Shown here piece after piece: positions 29,748-40,019 of a stretch of DNA of 64,000 bases. Every line of letters begins with the position of its first letter. Position 1 is the first letter of the stretch. Both the position numbers and the translations under genes were made by a program. The DNA is from Nitrosopumilus sp. (GTDB taxonomy: Archaea; Thermoproteota; Nitrososphaeria; Nitrososphaerales; Nitrosopumilaceae), in contig OZ242186.1 of assembly GCA_965205675.1 (NCBI GenBank), positions 64,001-128,000 of the forward strand, written 5' to 3'. Under the pieces are notes generated by a model. That model saw only the letters and a list, made by a program, of their open reading frames with translations. It was not told the origin of the DNA and did no database searches.

Positions 29748-30452
29748 ATGAAAAAATATGCCATTCCAGACACAAATATTTTCCTGCATTATGATATTTT
29801 GAGTGTAGATTGGTGTAAAGAATTAGAATCAGATGAAGTTGAAATTATCGTTTGTTCAACAGTTTTGAAAGAATTAGACAACAAAAAATCTGATGGTAAT
29901 CAGAAAATATCTGATAGAGCAACAAAAAATTTGTCTATAATAGAATCTCACAATTCAAGTAAGGAAGAGATACGAAAAAATGTAAAACTTTCTGTAAATA
30001 TCAAAGAACCATATATTGATTGGAGGGAATACGGTTTAGATTCTAGTTTGAATGATGATAGAATTTTAGGATTTATCATTGAACGAAAGAATACAGACGA
30101 TGATGTATTGATAACCAATGATCTAACTCCAAGAATAAAAGGTAAGGAAATTGGTATGTCAGTAATGAAATTAAGCTGTGAAATGTTACCTGATCCTAAA
30201 AATGAAGAACGAAAAGAATTTGAAAAAATGAAAAATAAATTACAAAAATTTGAAAATAAAATACCAGATCTATCAATCCAATTAGTTTCAGAAGAAACCA
30301 AAGGCGATCTACCCAAATTCACTCTTAAAGAAATTCAAAATCTTTCTACTAAACAAATTGAAGAAATGGTATTAAAAAAAGAACAAGAACTTAGAATAAC
30401 TTCATCTCCATCTACATTAGGTATTTCAGCATTCATGATTGATATAGTTTAG
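29748..30452 (+). CDS. PIN-domain protein with coiled coil, probably C-terminally truncated by IS630
   Basis: IPDTNIFLH, VLKELD, NDDRIL, LITND PIN motifs. The ORF ends where the IS630 left end begins. Confidence 0.8.
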   Translation: MKKYAIPDTNIFLHYDILSVDWCKELESDEVEIIVCSTVLKELDNKKSDGNQKISDRATKNLSIIESHNSSKEEIRKNVKLSVNIKEPYIDWREYGLDSSLNDDRILGFIIERKNTDDDVLITNDLTPRIKGKEIGMSVMKLSCEMLPDPKNEERKEFEKMKNKLQKFENKIPDLSIQLVSEETKGDLPKFTLKEIQNLSTKQIEEMVLKKEQELRITSSPSTLGISAFMIDIV

Positions 30453-31379
30453 GCATATAAATTCTGAATAAACTGTCAAGTATTTTAACTCAAAAGATCT
30501 AGATCGTAGAATCAATTAATGAAACCATGTCAAAGAGTACAAGACAATCCAAGGTTTCCTCTGGGAATCAATTCATGAAAGGTACAAGCATTAATTTTTT
30601 GAGAAAAGCATGCAAGAATGAAAAAAATGCAAAAGCAAAGATAAGATTAAAGGCTGCAATACTAAGAAAACAAAATATTCCGTATTCTGTGATATGTGCA
30701 AGTCTGGATGTCATACCATCAACTCTGTCCTACTGGCTAAATCGAATGGATGAAGAGGGAATATCTGCATCACGCCGCAAGAAATATTCTGGTTCTAGAT
30801 GTTTTTTAAATGAAAAACAACTAGTATCATTAAGAAATGATCTGATTTCAGGTCCTCAGAGATTTGGATTTAATCAATTCATGTGGAGTACAAGAATGGT
30901 AATTACACATGTGAATAAAAAATACAACACCCTATACTCTGCACGTGGAATGCGAGAATTGCTACACAGAATTGGATTTTCATCTAAAAAACCACGTCCC
31001 ACACATCATAAATCAGCCTCAAAAGAGGAACAAACCCGTTTTAAAAAAACGCAAAAAGGAGTATCAAAAAATATTCCAAATTGGGACATATCACGCTATG
31101 TCTGGATGAGTCAACAAACAAGATAGCACCTAACATAAAGCGCGGATGGTATCTTGCAGAGAATAACATTACCACACCAATTAATTACACTCGAGAAAAA
31201 TTTCAATCATTTGGTGCATTGGGGAATAACGGTGTATTTTTTTGCAGGTTCTATGATAAATCAAACACAGACTCATTTCTTGATTTCTTAAAATCCTTGC
31301 AGAAACAATTTGGTAAGAAACTGTTACTGTTTGCAGACAATGCATCATACCACAAAAGTGTCAGAGTAAAAGAATTCTC
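30443..31379 (+). mobile_element. IS630-family element, right end lost; two-ORF transposase (30527..31126 and 31081..) with slippery TTTTAAAAAAAC
   Basis: HTH, LLHRIGFSSKKPRP, LDES, ADNASYH. A7 run at 31043-31049. The third catalytic motif is missing. Left boundary approximate. Confidence 0.8.
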
Positions 31380-32130
31380 TGTTCTTTCCAAAAATTATTT
31401 CGTGTCACTTTCATGAGTAATTCCTCCATAGAATACTTGGGTCTATGAGTATTTCGTTTGTTATCATCTTAGAGTGATACGCATCAGATGGTGTCTCCAT
31501 GTTATCCAAGTCTAGTGCGCCATGAACTCTAATGTGATTGTACCAATGCATAAACTGCTCCACTGACTCAAAGTATTCTATTTTACACTCAAAGATATCC
31601 CAGAACTTTTCTAGCTTACCATTTGTTTGTGGATGTCTCACTCTTGTACGAGAGTGCTTTACGTGATGTCTCATTAGTTGCTGCTCAAAGTCTACTGGCT
31701 TGTTATGATCAAGAGTATTGACATTTGATGTGAACTGTTTTCCATTATCAGATAGTACAGATGCGGGTCTACCGTGATTCTTTATTGCATCAGATAGTAC
31801 TGCAGAAGAATTCACAGATGTTGCCTCATCATACACTCCGAAACCCGTGATAAATCGTGAGGCATCATCTTCAAATGCAATTAGTTGTTTTCCTGCCCAA
31901 CGTGAATCATGTATTGTGTGCCAGTCAGTATGCCACAATGAATTTGAATATTCACGTTCATACCTAATCCACTTTCTTCTCATCTTTTTCCGTGGTTGCT
32001 CAACTGATAATCCTTCATCTAGCATAATCTTGTGGATGCGATTGTGGTTTATCTTGGTATTGCACAATTTTGATATGATTTTCTCAAGGTATAGTGCGTT
32101 TGTGTGGTATTTTTCTTGAACTTGTTTGAC
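31380..32130 (-). mobile_element. IS481-family element fragment (rve transposase, 5' part lost); end TGTTCTTTCC at 31380
   Basis: RYEREYSNSLWHTDWH, EDDASRFI, LSDNGKQF, HPQTNGKLEKF, YNHIRVHGAL. Confidence 0.8.
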
Positions 32131-33027
32131 CTGCTGTATTGCTTGAAGTTGTATAGAAAAACTCTCTGAGAGCATGAAAATGGAATATCCTCCTTCCATT
32201 TTCTCCAATTCCACTAAACTCTGGAATTTTCTTTAGTTGTTCATGAAGAATATTCTCCAAAAGATCAACTGATGCTCTCTGTTCATTGATGTTCTCTTTT
32301 CTAATGAATTTCCCAATTGATGTTCTTCCAAAAATATTTCTATTTTTGAGATGAGTATTTTCCTGGTTTTCTTCCCAATCAAAATATTTTTTCAAATAGT
32401 CTTTTAGAGCAATTGTAGCCTCAGATGTGAGAAATGTCTCTCTTTCTTCTCTAGTTTTCGTAGTTTCTGCTCTAATTCTAATTTTTGTTGGAGTGCAATA
32501 AAATCAACATCTGATAGTCGAAGTCCTCCAATTTCTCCAATTCTCATCCCAGATGATATTGCAACAAGAAATACAACTCGTAGCTTGAATGATACAACAC
32601 CTAAAATTCTAACCAAAACTTCTTTTGTTAACGCCTCTTTACGTTTTCTTAGAATCTTTGGAAGCTTAACATATTGTTTACATTTTTCTGAATACACCTC
32701 AACTCCCAAATGAATCAGATACCCCTTTACTGCATGGAAAAATTGCTTGATAGAATTGGGCATTAATCCAGATTTATCCAGAAATATTACATAGTTTTTT
32801 AGCACTTGATACACATCAAGATCTTCATTCTTTATTCTAATCACTAGTTCAATTTCATCACAATGATACTTTTCCTTGAGAAATTTCCTGAATCCTTTAG
32901 TTTTTCCTGTTATTGCATTCTTGTAACCATTAACAGTTGCAGTACTATGTGATACTGCATAACAAGAGTCAAGATATTCCTGCAAAGCTTGTTCTGAATT
33001 TTCAAAACTTATTCTAACTGCCATCAA
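32130..33027 (-). pseudogene. Tyrosine recombinase/integrase, frameshifted near 32499 and lacking the C-terminal catalytic Tyr region
   Basis: SSGMRIGE in ORF 32404..33027. It continues in another frame as TKTREER...FHFHALREFFYT (ORF 32084..32395), then joins IS481 sequence. Confidence 0.85.
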
Positions 33028-33092
33028 GACAAGTAATTCAATTACTGTTAAAAATCACTAGTCGTTATTTTTAGTAAATCTTCAGGCTAACC

Positions 33093-33629
33093 CTAATTGA
33101 TTGTAATCTCTATTTCATTAGAACTATTTTTGATACTTCCAGTTTCTGTAAAATCATGTTTTTGCCAAGATGCAAAAGTTTCAGCTCCTATCTTGTGTGT
33201 TCCTTTTCCTAAATCTGAAGCTTTGAATACAAATTTTTCATCAAAATCGAATAATTCTTGTCTTACCTCTTCTTCTGATAATCTGATAAATGGCTCAAAA
33301 TTTTTGGCTATCTGTACCCAAATTCGCCTATCTTTCATTGGATTGACTAGTTTCGGATTTCTTGTCCAAAATATTGATGCTTTTCTGTAAGTATCAATGG
33401 TTCTTCCTAGTTCCTTCTTTCTAAACCCTCCTGATGTCAATTTTATACCATATTTCATTTTGAATGAAACGTCGTTATTGTTATAGGCTTTAGTCCAATT
33501 GGCCTCATTGAAGGCATTTCTAAGATCTCCTTCAACTGAAAATTGAACATTTATCTCAATATTTTCATCAGATGAGTATTCATCCTTTGATTTTGCTAGT
33601 TCAATTGCTGAAATTTTGCTTTCACTCAT
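33093..33629 (-). CDS. Conserved hypothetical protein (integration target gene)
   Basis: 178-aa intact ORF; its stop codon lies in the att repeat. Confidence 0.75.
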   Translation of the reverse strand: MSESKISAIELAKSKDEYSSDENIEINVQFSVEGDLRNAFNEANWTKAYNNNDVSFKMKYGIKLTSGGFRKKELGRTIDTYRKASIFWTRNPKLVNPMKDRRIWVQIAKNFEPFIRLSEEEVRQELFDFDEKFVFKASDLGKGTHKIGAETFASWQKHDFTETGSIKNSSNEIEITIN

Positions 33630-33680
33630 TGTTACCGCTCATAATGATTTATATCCGCAATAAGTGCTTTTTCTGAATAC

Positions 33681-33959
33681 ATGAATGCAAAAGTAATCAG
33701 CTCTGAGCCTAAAGAAATTAGCCTTTCTATCACTGAAACTGATATAGGAATTTTATACATAATTCAACATGAATTGTTAAAAGCACCAAATACAGATTTT
33801 GCAGGTGTTATTGTAAAACATCCTCTTACCAATGAATGTTGGATGAGAGTTAGTTCTAGTTCAAAACCACTTGATCAAATTAAAAAAGCAACAGAATCTG
33901 CAATTAAGATGGATAAAGAATTCAATCAACTATTTCATTCTCAAATTAAGGTAAGTTAG
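33681..33959 (+). CDS. rpoL: RNA polymerase subunit L (Rpo11)
   Basis: DFAGVIVKHPL; sits before TFS and PCNA. Confidence 0.8.
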   Translation: MNAKVISSEPKEISLSITETDIGILYIIQHELLKAPNTDFAGVIVKHPLTNECWMRVSSSSKPLDQIKKATESAIKMDKEFNQLFHSQIKVS

Positions 33960-33960
33960 A

Positions 33961-34272
33961 TTGAAGTTTTGCCCCAAATGTGAGGTCAAATTAAAAAATA
34001 GTGGTTCAGGCCTTCAATGTTCAAAATGTAGTTATACTGAAGGAGAAGTAAAAATAACAAAAAAAACTACTGAAGAAGAACCCGATTTTTCACTTTTAGC
34101 TTTTGAAGGAAATGAAGGAGAAGATACAAATCCGACAATTAAAATTGATTGTGAAAAATGTGGGCATGATGAAGCAGTTGGATGGATGTTTCAAACTAGA
34201 AGTGCAGATGAACCTACAACTCGATTTTACCGATGTCAGAAATGTAAATACACCTGGCGTGATTACACATAG
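33961..34272 (+). CDS. tfs: Transcription factor S (TFS/RpoM family)
   Basis: FCPKC and QTRSADEPTTRFYRCQKC. Confidence 0.9.
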   Translation: MKFCPKCEVKLKNSGSGLQCSKCSYTEGEVKITKKTTEEEPDFSLLAFEGNEGEDTNPTIKIDCEKCGHDEAVGWMFQTRSADEPTTRFYRCQKCKYTWRDYT

Positions 34273-34366
34273 GTTTGACTGGAACATAGATGGAAGAAAA
34301 TTAAATGGTAAGACTCCAATCGGATCGTGCTGAAAGGTTTAACTGGAACATAGATGGAAGAAAATT
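34271..34366. repeat. Two 32-bp direct repeats (1 mismatch) separated by a 32-bp unique spacer
   Basis: AGGTTT(G/A)ACTGGAACATAGATGGAAGAAAATT at 34271-34302 and 34335-34366. Confidence 0.92.
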
Positions 34367-34369
34367 GAT

Positions 34370-35116
34370 TTGACTTTTGGAGCAAAAACAAATGGATCAG
34401 ATGATCTCAAGGCTATTATTTCTGCAATATCTACACTTGTTGAAGAAGCAACTTTTGTTGCAACAGCAGAAGGAATTACTTTTAGAGGAATGGATCCGTC
34501 ACATGTAGCTTTAATTGATATTTCATGGCCAAATTCCGCATTTGAAAAATATGAATGTGATAGTGATATTAAATTTGGAGTAAGAATTGATGAATTCTCT
34601 AAACTTATCAAAAGAGCAGATAAAAAAGATAGCATTGAAATTAGTATCTCTGAACAAAATATGTTACTTGTAACAGTAGGAAAAAATAAAAAATACAAAA
34701 TGCGTTTAATTGAAAGTTCTGCAACTGATACACCATTACCAAAAATTCCCTATGACTCAAAAATTATTTTGACTTCTTCAAAATTTGATAAAATTTTAGG
34801 TGATGTACAAGTTGTGTCTGATTATCTCACCATTCAAACATCTGATTCCAAAGGAGATTTTTCAGGTAAAGGTGATTCTGGTGAGGTTGTAATTGATCTA
34901 GATAAAGATGACCAAGAAATTGAAGAAATTTCTTCAAAAGAAGACAGTGTTGGTACTTACAGCCTTGAATATCTAAATCCGGTAGTGAAAGCAGTAGGCT
35001 CCAATGCAGGCTCAATCACATGTGAATTCTCAAGTGCAAAACCTCTTAGAATTGAATTCAAAGTAGCAAATATTGGTAGAATTCACTTTTACTTGGCTCC
35101 ACGCGTAGAAAGTTAA
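34370..35116 (+). CDS. pcn: DNA polymerase sliding clamp PCNA
   Basis: GMDPSHVALID, YSLEYL, FYLAPRVE. Confidence 0.95.
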   Translation: MTFGAKTNGSDDLKAIISAISTLVEEATFVATAEGITFRGMDPSHVALIDISWPNSAFEKYECDSDIKFGVRIDEFSKLIKRADKKDSIEISISEQNMLLVTVGKNKKYKMRLIESSATDTPLPKIPYDSKIILTSSKFDKILGDVQVVSDYLTIQTSDSKGDFSGKGDSGEVVIDLDKDDQEIEEISSKEDSVGTYSLEYLNPVVKAVGSNAGSITCEFSSAKPLRIEFKVANIGRIHFYLAPRVES

Positions 35117-35151
35117 AGCATTTAAAGATTAACAAGATCAAGTATTTTGAA

Positions 35152-36555
35152 TTGAGACTCGTAATAAAATATGGTGGAACATCCATTTCTACTTCAAAAG
35201 ATATTCAAACCGTAGCTAAATACATTAGTGAATTATCAAAGAAAAATCAAATTGTTGTTGTTTGTTCTGCAATAAGTGGAACTACTGATGATTTAATAGA
35301 AATATCTGAATCTATAAAAAAAGAAAACAAATCTAAAGCCGAACAACTCGTATCAAAAATTATCAATAAACATAAACAACTAGCTAAAGAAACAATTAAA
35401 AAATCTAATGTTCGTAAAAAATTACTTACCAAACTTGATGAAGATCTTGTAGAACTTCTTGCTTTAATTGATGGAATGGTATTGCTAGGTGAAGTTACAT
35501 CAAGATCAATGGATTATCTAATTTCATTTGGTGAAAGATTATCTATAAAATTAATTTCAAGTGTAATCAATGATTCTGGAAAAAAATCGATTTATTTGAC
35601 TGGTAAAGAAGCTGGAATTGTCACTGATTCTAATTTTGGTGAATCAAAGCCATTAATGGATACAACTAGACTTAGAGTTTCAAAAACTGTTGATACTTTA
35701 CTGTTAAAGAAAAAAATTCCCGTTATTGGTGGATTTGTAGGAGCAGATCAATATGGACATGTAACTACATTTGGCAGAGGAGGATCCGATTATTCAGCTA
35801 CAATAATTGGTTCTTGCATTAAGACTGATGAAATTTGGTTAATGAGTGATGTAGATGGTTTAATGACTGCAGATCCAAAGATTGTAAAAAATGCCAAATT
35901 ACTCAAAGAAGTGTCCTATACAGAGGCAATTGAAATGGCTTTGTTTGGCGCAAAACAAATTCATCCACGAACATTTGAACCATTATTATCTAAGAAAATC
36001 CCCATGAAAATAAGAAATTCGTTTAATACCAAAAATGAAGGAACTTTAGTTTCTGCATCAACTTCTTCTGCTGTCAAAAATACGGTAAAATGTGTAAGTA
36101 ATGTTCGCAATAATGGATTAATTGATGTAAGAGGTGGTAGTATGGTTGGAATACCTGGTACTGCTGCTAAAATATTTGCAACATTGGCAAAAGCCGGAAT
36201 TAACGTAATGATGATCTCTCAAAATCCATCTGAATCAAGTATAACTATTGTAGTAAAAAATACAGATCTCGACAAAGCTGTTGGCGCATTAGAGATGGAA
36301 TTATTAGGAAAAATCATCAAAAAATTAGAAGTTACTACAAATGTCGCAATAATTGCCTTAATTGGTTCAGGAATGAGAGGAACTGTTGGAGTTGCTTCAA
36401 AAGTTTTTGGTGCAATTGAGAAAAATAAAATAAACGTATCAATGATTACACAAGGATCTTCAGAGCTTAATCTTGCATTTGTTGTAAAAAACTCTGATAC
36501 AAATGCAGCAGTTAGAGCTTTACATAATGAATTTGCATTAGATAAAATCATTTAA
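35152..36555 (+). CDS. lysC: Aspartate kinase
   Basis: KYGGTS, TFGRGGSDYSA, DVDGLMTADP, two ACT domains. Confidence 0.93.
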   Translation: MRLVIKYGGTSISTSKDIQTVAKYISELSKKNQIVVVCSAISGTTDDLIEISESIKKENKSKAEQLVSKIINKHKQLAKETIKKSNVRKKLLTKLDEDLVELLALIDGMVLLGEVTSRSMDYLISFGERLSIKLISSVINDSGKKSIYLTGKEAGIVTDSNFGESKPLMDTTRLRVSKTVDTLLLKKKIPVIGGFVGADQYGHVTTFGRGGSDYSATIIGSCIKTDEIWLMSDVDGLMTADPKIVKNAKLLKEVSYTEAIEMALFGAKQIHPRTFEPLLSKKIPMKIRNSFNTKNEGTLVSASTSSAVKNTVKCVSNVRNNGLIDVRGGSMVGIPGTAAKIFATLAKAGINVMMISQNPSESSITIVVKNTDLDKAVGALEMELLGKIIKKLEVTTNVAIIALIGSGMRGTVGVASKVFGAIEKNKINVSMITQGSSELNLAFVVKNSDTNAAVRALHNEFALDKII

Positions 36556-36575
36556 GGGAATAATTTTAAGAGTAT

Positions 36576-38051
36576 TTGTTGAATAAATTTCCGATTCTAT
36601 TAATAATTGGAATTTTTGTAATTAGTATAATTTTTGTATCTTTAACATCTGATCAATTTGCTGATGCAGGATCTAGAAAAAAAATTCATTTTACTGAAAC
36701 CATAACCTCATCTCAAGATCCAGGCCAAGGCCATGAAAATCATCAACTTGCACTTGTTTTATCTCCCAATGAAGGAACAATTTATACTGGTTCTATGACA
36801 TTTACTTCAAGTGAACCTGTACAACTTGTAGTTTTACATGAAATAAATCCACAAGATTCAAAAGGTCAACCAACTTGGACTGTTGATGGAAAAACTGTTT
36901 ATAGTTTATCATTAATTGATTTACAAAAAAATTCGGGTTCATTTGAATTTACAGGAGCTGCTTTAGCATTACACACTTCAAATTCTAAAGAATTTATTGC
37001 TACAGTAAGTGTAGATGGATGGATTAGAGGACAACTTACTGAAGTGTTGATGCAAAAAATTGAATTACAAAAAGAAGAGCCTACATCATTACTCTCAAGA
37101 ACTAATGTACCAGCTACTATTCCAATGCATAAGGGAATCTATGAAGGAAATCAAGTCCTTTACATAATTACTGATGGCAGTGACAAAGATTATGCAAAAA
37201 CTATTTCAGAAAAACAAGAATGGAATGTAGAGATTGCTCCAGTACTTGCAGATGTTCCAGAAAATACTCTTCAAAAATTATTTACTTTTAAAAATGGAAT
37301 AAAAGGTGATGGAATCTATGGATTTCAAGATGAAGTATTTTCTAGTATTCCCTCACAAGAATCTGAATATAGTGCATTAAGTTCTGTTATTGAGGTTACT
37401 TGGAAAATTGGTCAAAAAGAAATCATGTTTGAATCTGTCTCAGATATAATTGCAGCAGAAGAAAGTGGTAGAATTGAATTTAATGAAACAGGAATAGTAC
37501 TGAATACTCCTCAAATACTTTGGCCTGATGGACAAATGATAATTCGTCCAGACAAAGAAATCACAGATGAAATGTCTTACAGTGGTGGTCAAATTACTGA
37601 AATCAATGAAGAAGAAATGACTGTAACTTTTGTAGCTCACAGAGGTTGGGGGCCTGATGGTAAAACAATTTACTATATTGTAACTGACGCTACTCCTTCA
37701 GGACCAGCTGAAACAATGGGAGTTGCATTTGCATCAAGTTCATCAAATCTTATTGCTCACTCTGGAGCAGTTGATCTATTTCAATTTAAGAATGGAATTA
37801 TTGGTTCTGGCCCATTAGGATTTCAAGCAATAATTGCAGGAGCTGCACTTGGAGATTCCAACTACAGTCCTATGTGGAGGATATATTTAGTTGAATGGAA
37901 TGATGCAAAATTTGCAAAAATTCTGGAAACAAAATCTGATATTGACGCATTTCGTGCTGATAATATGTTATCTGTTAGTATTGCAAGACCAGTTAATAGT
38001 GATCACATAGTCAACTGTCCATTCATTGATCCATTCCAACAAATCCACTAA
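36576..38051 (+). CDS. Exported hypothetical protein with two homologous YI(I/V)TD...FKNGI.G.G..GFQ...YS modules
   Basis: N-terminal TM or signal; internal duplication visible in the protein. Confidence 0.7.
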   Translation: MLNKFPILLIIGIFVISIIFVSLTSDQFADAGSRKKIHFTETITSSQDPGQGHENHQLALVLSPNEGTIYTGSMTFTSSEPVQLVVLHEINPQDSKGQPTWTVDGKTVYSLSLIDLQKNSGSFEFTGAALALHTSNSKEFIATVSVDGWIRGQLTEVLMQKIELQKEEPTSLLSRTNVPATIPMHKGIYEGNQVLYIITDGSDKDYAKTISEKQEWNVEIAPVLADVPENTLQKLFTFKNGIKGDGIYGFQDEVFSSIPSQESEYSALSSVIEVTWKIGQKEIMFESVSDIIAAEESGRIEFNETGIVLNTPQILWPDGQMIIRPDKEITDEMSYSGGQITEINEEEMTVTFVAHRGWGPDGKTIYYIVTDATPSGPAETMGVAFASSSSNLIAHSGAVDLFQFKNGIIGSGPLGFQAIIAGAALGDSNYSPMWRIYLVEWNDAKFAKILETKSDIDAFRADNMLSVSIARPVNSDHIVNCPFIDPFQQIH

Positions 38052-38081
38052 ACGGATAAATTACTTGATAAAAAATTTCTA

Positions 38082-38882
38082 TTGAAATTGGCCGGTAAAC
38101 TCTACATTGTTGGTGTTGGACCTGGTCATCATGACCATATGACATTTAGAGCAAAAGAAGTGATTGGTGAAAGTGACACAATTGTTGGATATGAAACTTA
38201 TGTAAATTTAGTACAAGATCTTATTAAAGGAAAAACGGTTTATCGTTATGCAATGACGCAAGAAGTTGAAAGAGCTCATCAATGTATTGATCTCGCTAAA
38301 TCTGGAAAAATAGTTTCACTTGTTTCTAGTGGCGATCCTGGAATTTATGGAATGGCAGGATTAATTTATGAAACCCTATCTGAATCTGACTGGAATCCAA
38401 AAGATGATCTTCAAGTTGAAATTGTCCCTGGTGTATCTGCACTTAATTCATGTGCATCAATAATTGGTTCACCACTAATGACTGATTTTGCAGTTGTAAG
38501 TATGAGTGATCTTTTGGTACCGTGGGAAATTATTTCAAAACGAGTTGAAGCAGCTGCGCAAGGTGATTTTGTAATTGTAATTTACAATCCTACTAGTAAA
38601 AAGAGAATTCATCAATTACAAGATACAAGAAAAGTTCTTTTAAAATACAGAAAACCTACTACTCCAGTAGCAATTATCAAAAGTGCATTTCGAGAATCTG
38701 AAATAATTGTTATGACTGATTTAGAAAATTTACCTAATCATTCAAAGCAATTAGGTATGACTAGTACTGTGATTATTGGAAATTCATCAACGTACACCTA
38801 CAAAAACTTGATGATTAACCCACGAGGTTACAAATCAAAATATAACTTAGAAGAACAAACTAATCCAAACCTTAAAGTCTAA
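38082..38882 (+). CDS. cobJ: Precorrin-3B C17-methyltransferase
   Basis: VGVGPG, SSGDPGIYGMA, DLLVPWE, YNP, NPRGY. Confidence 0.92.
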   Translation: MKLAGKLYIVGVGPGHHDHMTFRAKEVIGESDTIVGYETYVNLVQDLIKGKTVYRYAMTQEVERAHQCIDLAKSGKIVSLVSSGDPGIYGMAGLIYETLSESDWNPKDDLQVEIVPGVSALNSCASIIGSPLMTDFAVVSMSDLLVPWEIISKRVEAAAQGDFVIVIYNPTSKKRIHQLQDTRKVLLKYRKPTTPVAIIKSAFRESEIIVMTDLENLPNHSKQLGMTSTVIIGNSSTYTYKNLMINPRGYKSKYNLEEQTNPNLKV

Positions 38883-39925
38883 AATCCTTTCTTAATTGTA
38901 TTACTCAATTCTTCACTTAGATTCAATTTTTCTCTGATTGGTGAAACTACTTTTACCAAATAATTCCCAACTGCTTGCTTCAAATCTCCTGGGTGTAGTT
39001 TCTTCTCTGCAAAGTCTTTTTCTAATTGATTGTAATTAGTATATGATACATTTCCACCAAATTTTTCTGGTCTTTCTACTTCCATCTCATTAAATTCATG
39101 AAAGATAATCGTTTTTGAAATTTCTAATAGTGGATTATTTTGGATATTTGTTTCTTCACACCACGCTTTGCTTATTTTTTTCTTTATTTCATCATCAGAA
39201 TTATGAATAAACACACCTGAATTTGGATCTGATTTACTCATTTTTCCTAGTATTTTATCGTCATTTGAATCTGCAGGTTTTGAAAGTCCTGGTAATAGTT
39301 TATGATGTACGGCTACAGGCACTTTCCATTTCATTTTTGGAAATACTTCTCTTACCAACATATGGATTTTTCTTTGATCCATTCCAGCATGTGCAATATC
39401 TACATCCAGAGAATGAATATCCACTGCCTGCATTGCTGGATATAGTAATTTAGCAACATCAATTTTATCATCATCTTCTGATCTTCCCATAATTGTTAAA
39501 GTTCTCATTGTTCTTGCAATTGACATGTGTTTTGTAAATTTCACAAGCTCAGACCAATATTCTGTTTTTTCTTCATACAGTTTTGATCCTAAAATAATTT
39601 CTGCATCAGGACAAACTAATTTGAAAGCATTTTGATAATATTTTGAAACTTTTGCAATTGTTTTCCAATCTCCCCCTAATTTATCATTAATCAGAGTATG
39701 CCAATCTGCAAGAAAAATCTTACATTTTACTCCAGCTTTGACAAAATCATTAATTTTAAAACCTGTACTAATTAAACTGCCAAGATGCAAAAAACCAGAA
39801 ATTTCTAAACCAATGTAATGATTTGGAGATGAATTAGTTTTGAATAACTCCATTAACTCTTCTTGTGTTACAATTTCCTCAGCAGGCGGTCTTTGTATCA
39901 AATCTACTTTTTCTGTAATATCCAA
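38879..39925 (-). CDS. tyrS: Tyrosine--tRNA ligase
   Basis: HLGS (HIGH-like), YPAMQAVD, GMDQRK, KMSKS. Confidence 0.95.
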   Translation of the reverse strand: MDITEKVDLIQRPPAEEIVTQEELMELFKTNSSPNHYIGLEISGFLHLGSLISTGFKINDFVKAGVKCKIFLADWHTLINDKLGGDWKTIAKVSKYYQNAFKLVCPDAEIILGSKLYEEKTEYWSELVKFTKHMSIARTMRTLTIMGRSEDDDKIDVAKLLYPAMQAVDIHSLDVDIAHAGMDQRKIHMLVREVFPKMKWKVPVAVHHKLLPGLSKPADSNDDKILGKMSKSDPNSGVFIHNSDDEIKKKISKAWCEETNIQNNPLLEISKTIIFHEFNEMEVERPEKFGGNVSYTNYNQLEKDFAEKKLHPGDLKQAVGNYLVKVVSPIREKLNLSEELSNTIKKGF

Positions 39926-40019
39926 ATCAAAACAACTTTTGAGAAGTAAACGTATAAAGTTATTCAAAATCTAAATCTGAATTTAGAAGGTTTGAATAGA
40001 AGATATTTTGATATAATTT

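Larger units (their letters stand above)
27794..33107. mobile_element. Degenerate integrative element (about 5.3 kb) bounded by att-like direct repeats, inserted at the 3' end of the 33093..33629 gene
   Basis: CCCTAATTGActggaat at 27794-27810 and CCCTAATTGAttgtaat at 33091-33107. The integrase starts about 60 bp inside the right repeat. Confidence 0.75.

Noticed and set aside
31411-32214. Intact 267-aa IS481 transposase
   Set aside because: The first 28 or so codons are an alternate frame of integrase DNA; the real N-terminus is deleted.
34271-34366. Bona fide CRISPR array
   Set aside because: Only two repeats, no cas genes or leader in the window, and the repeat looks like native promoter sequence. 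Kept only as a repeat.
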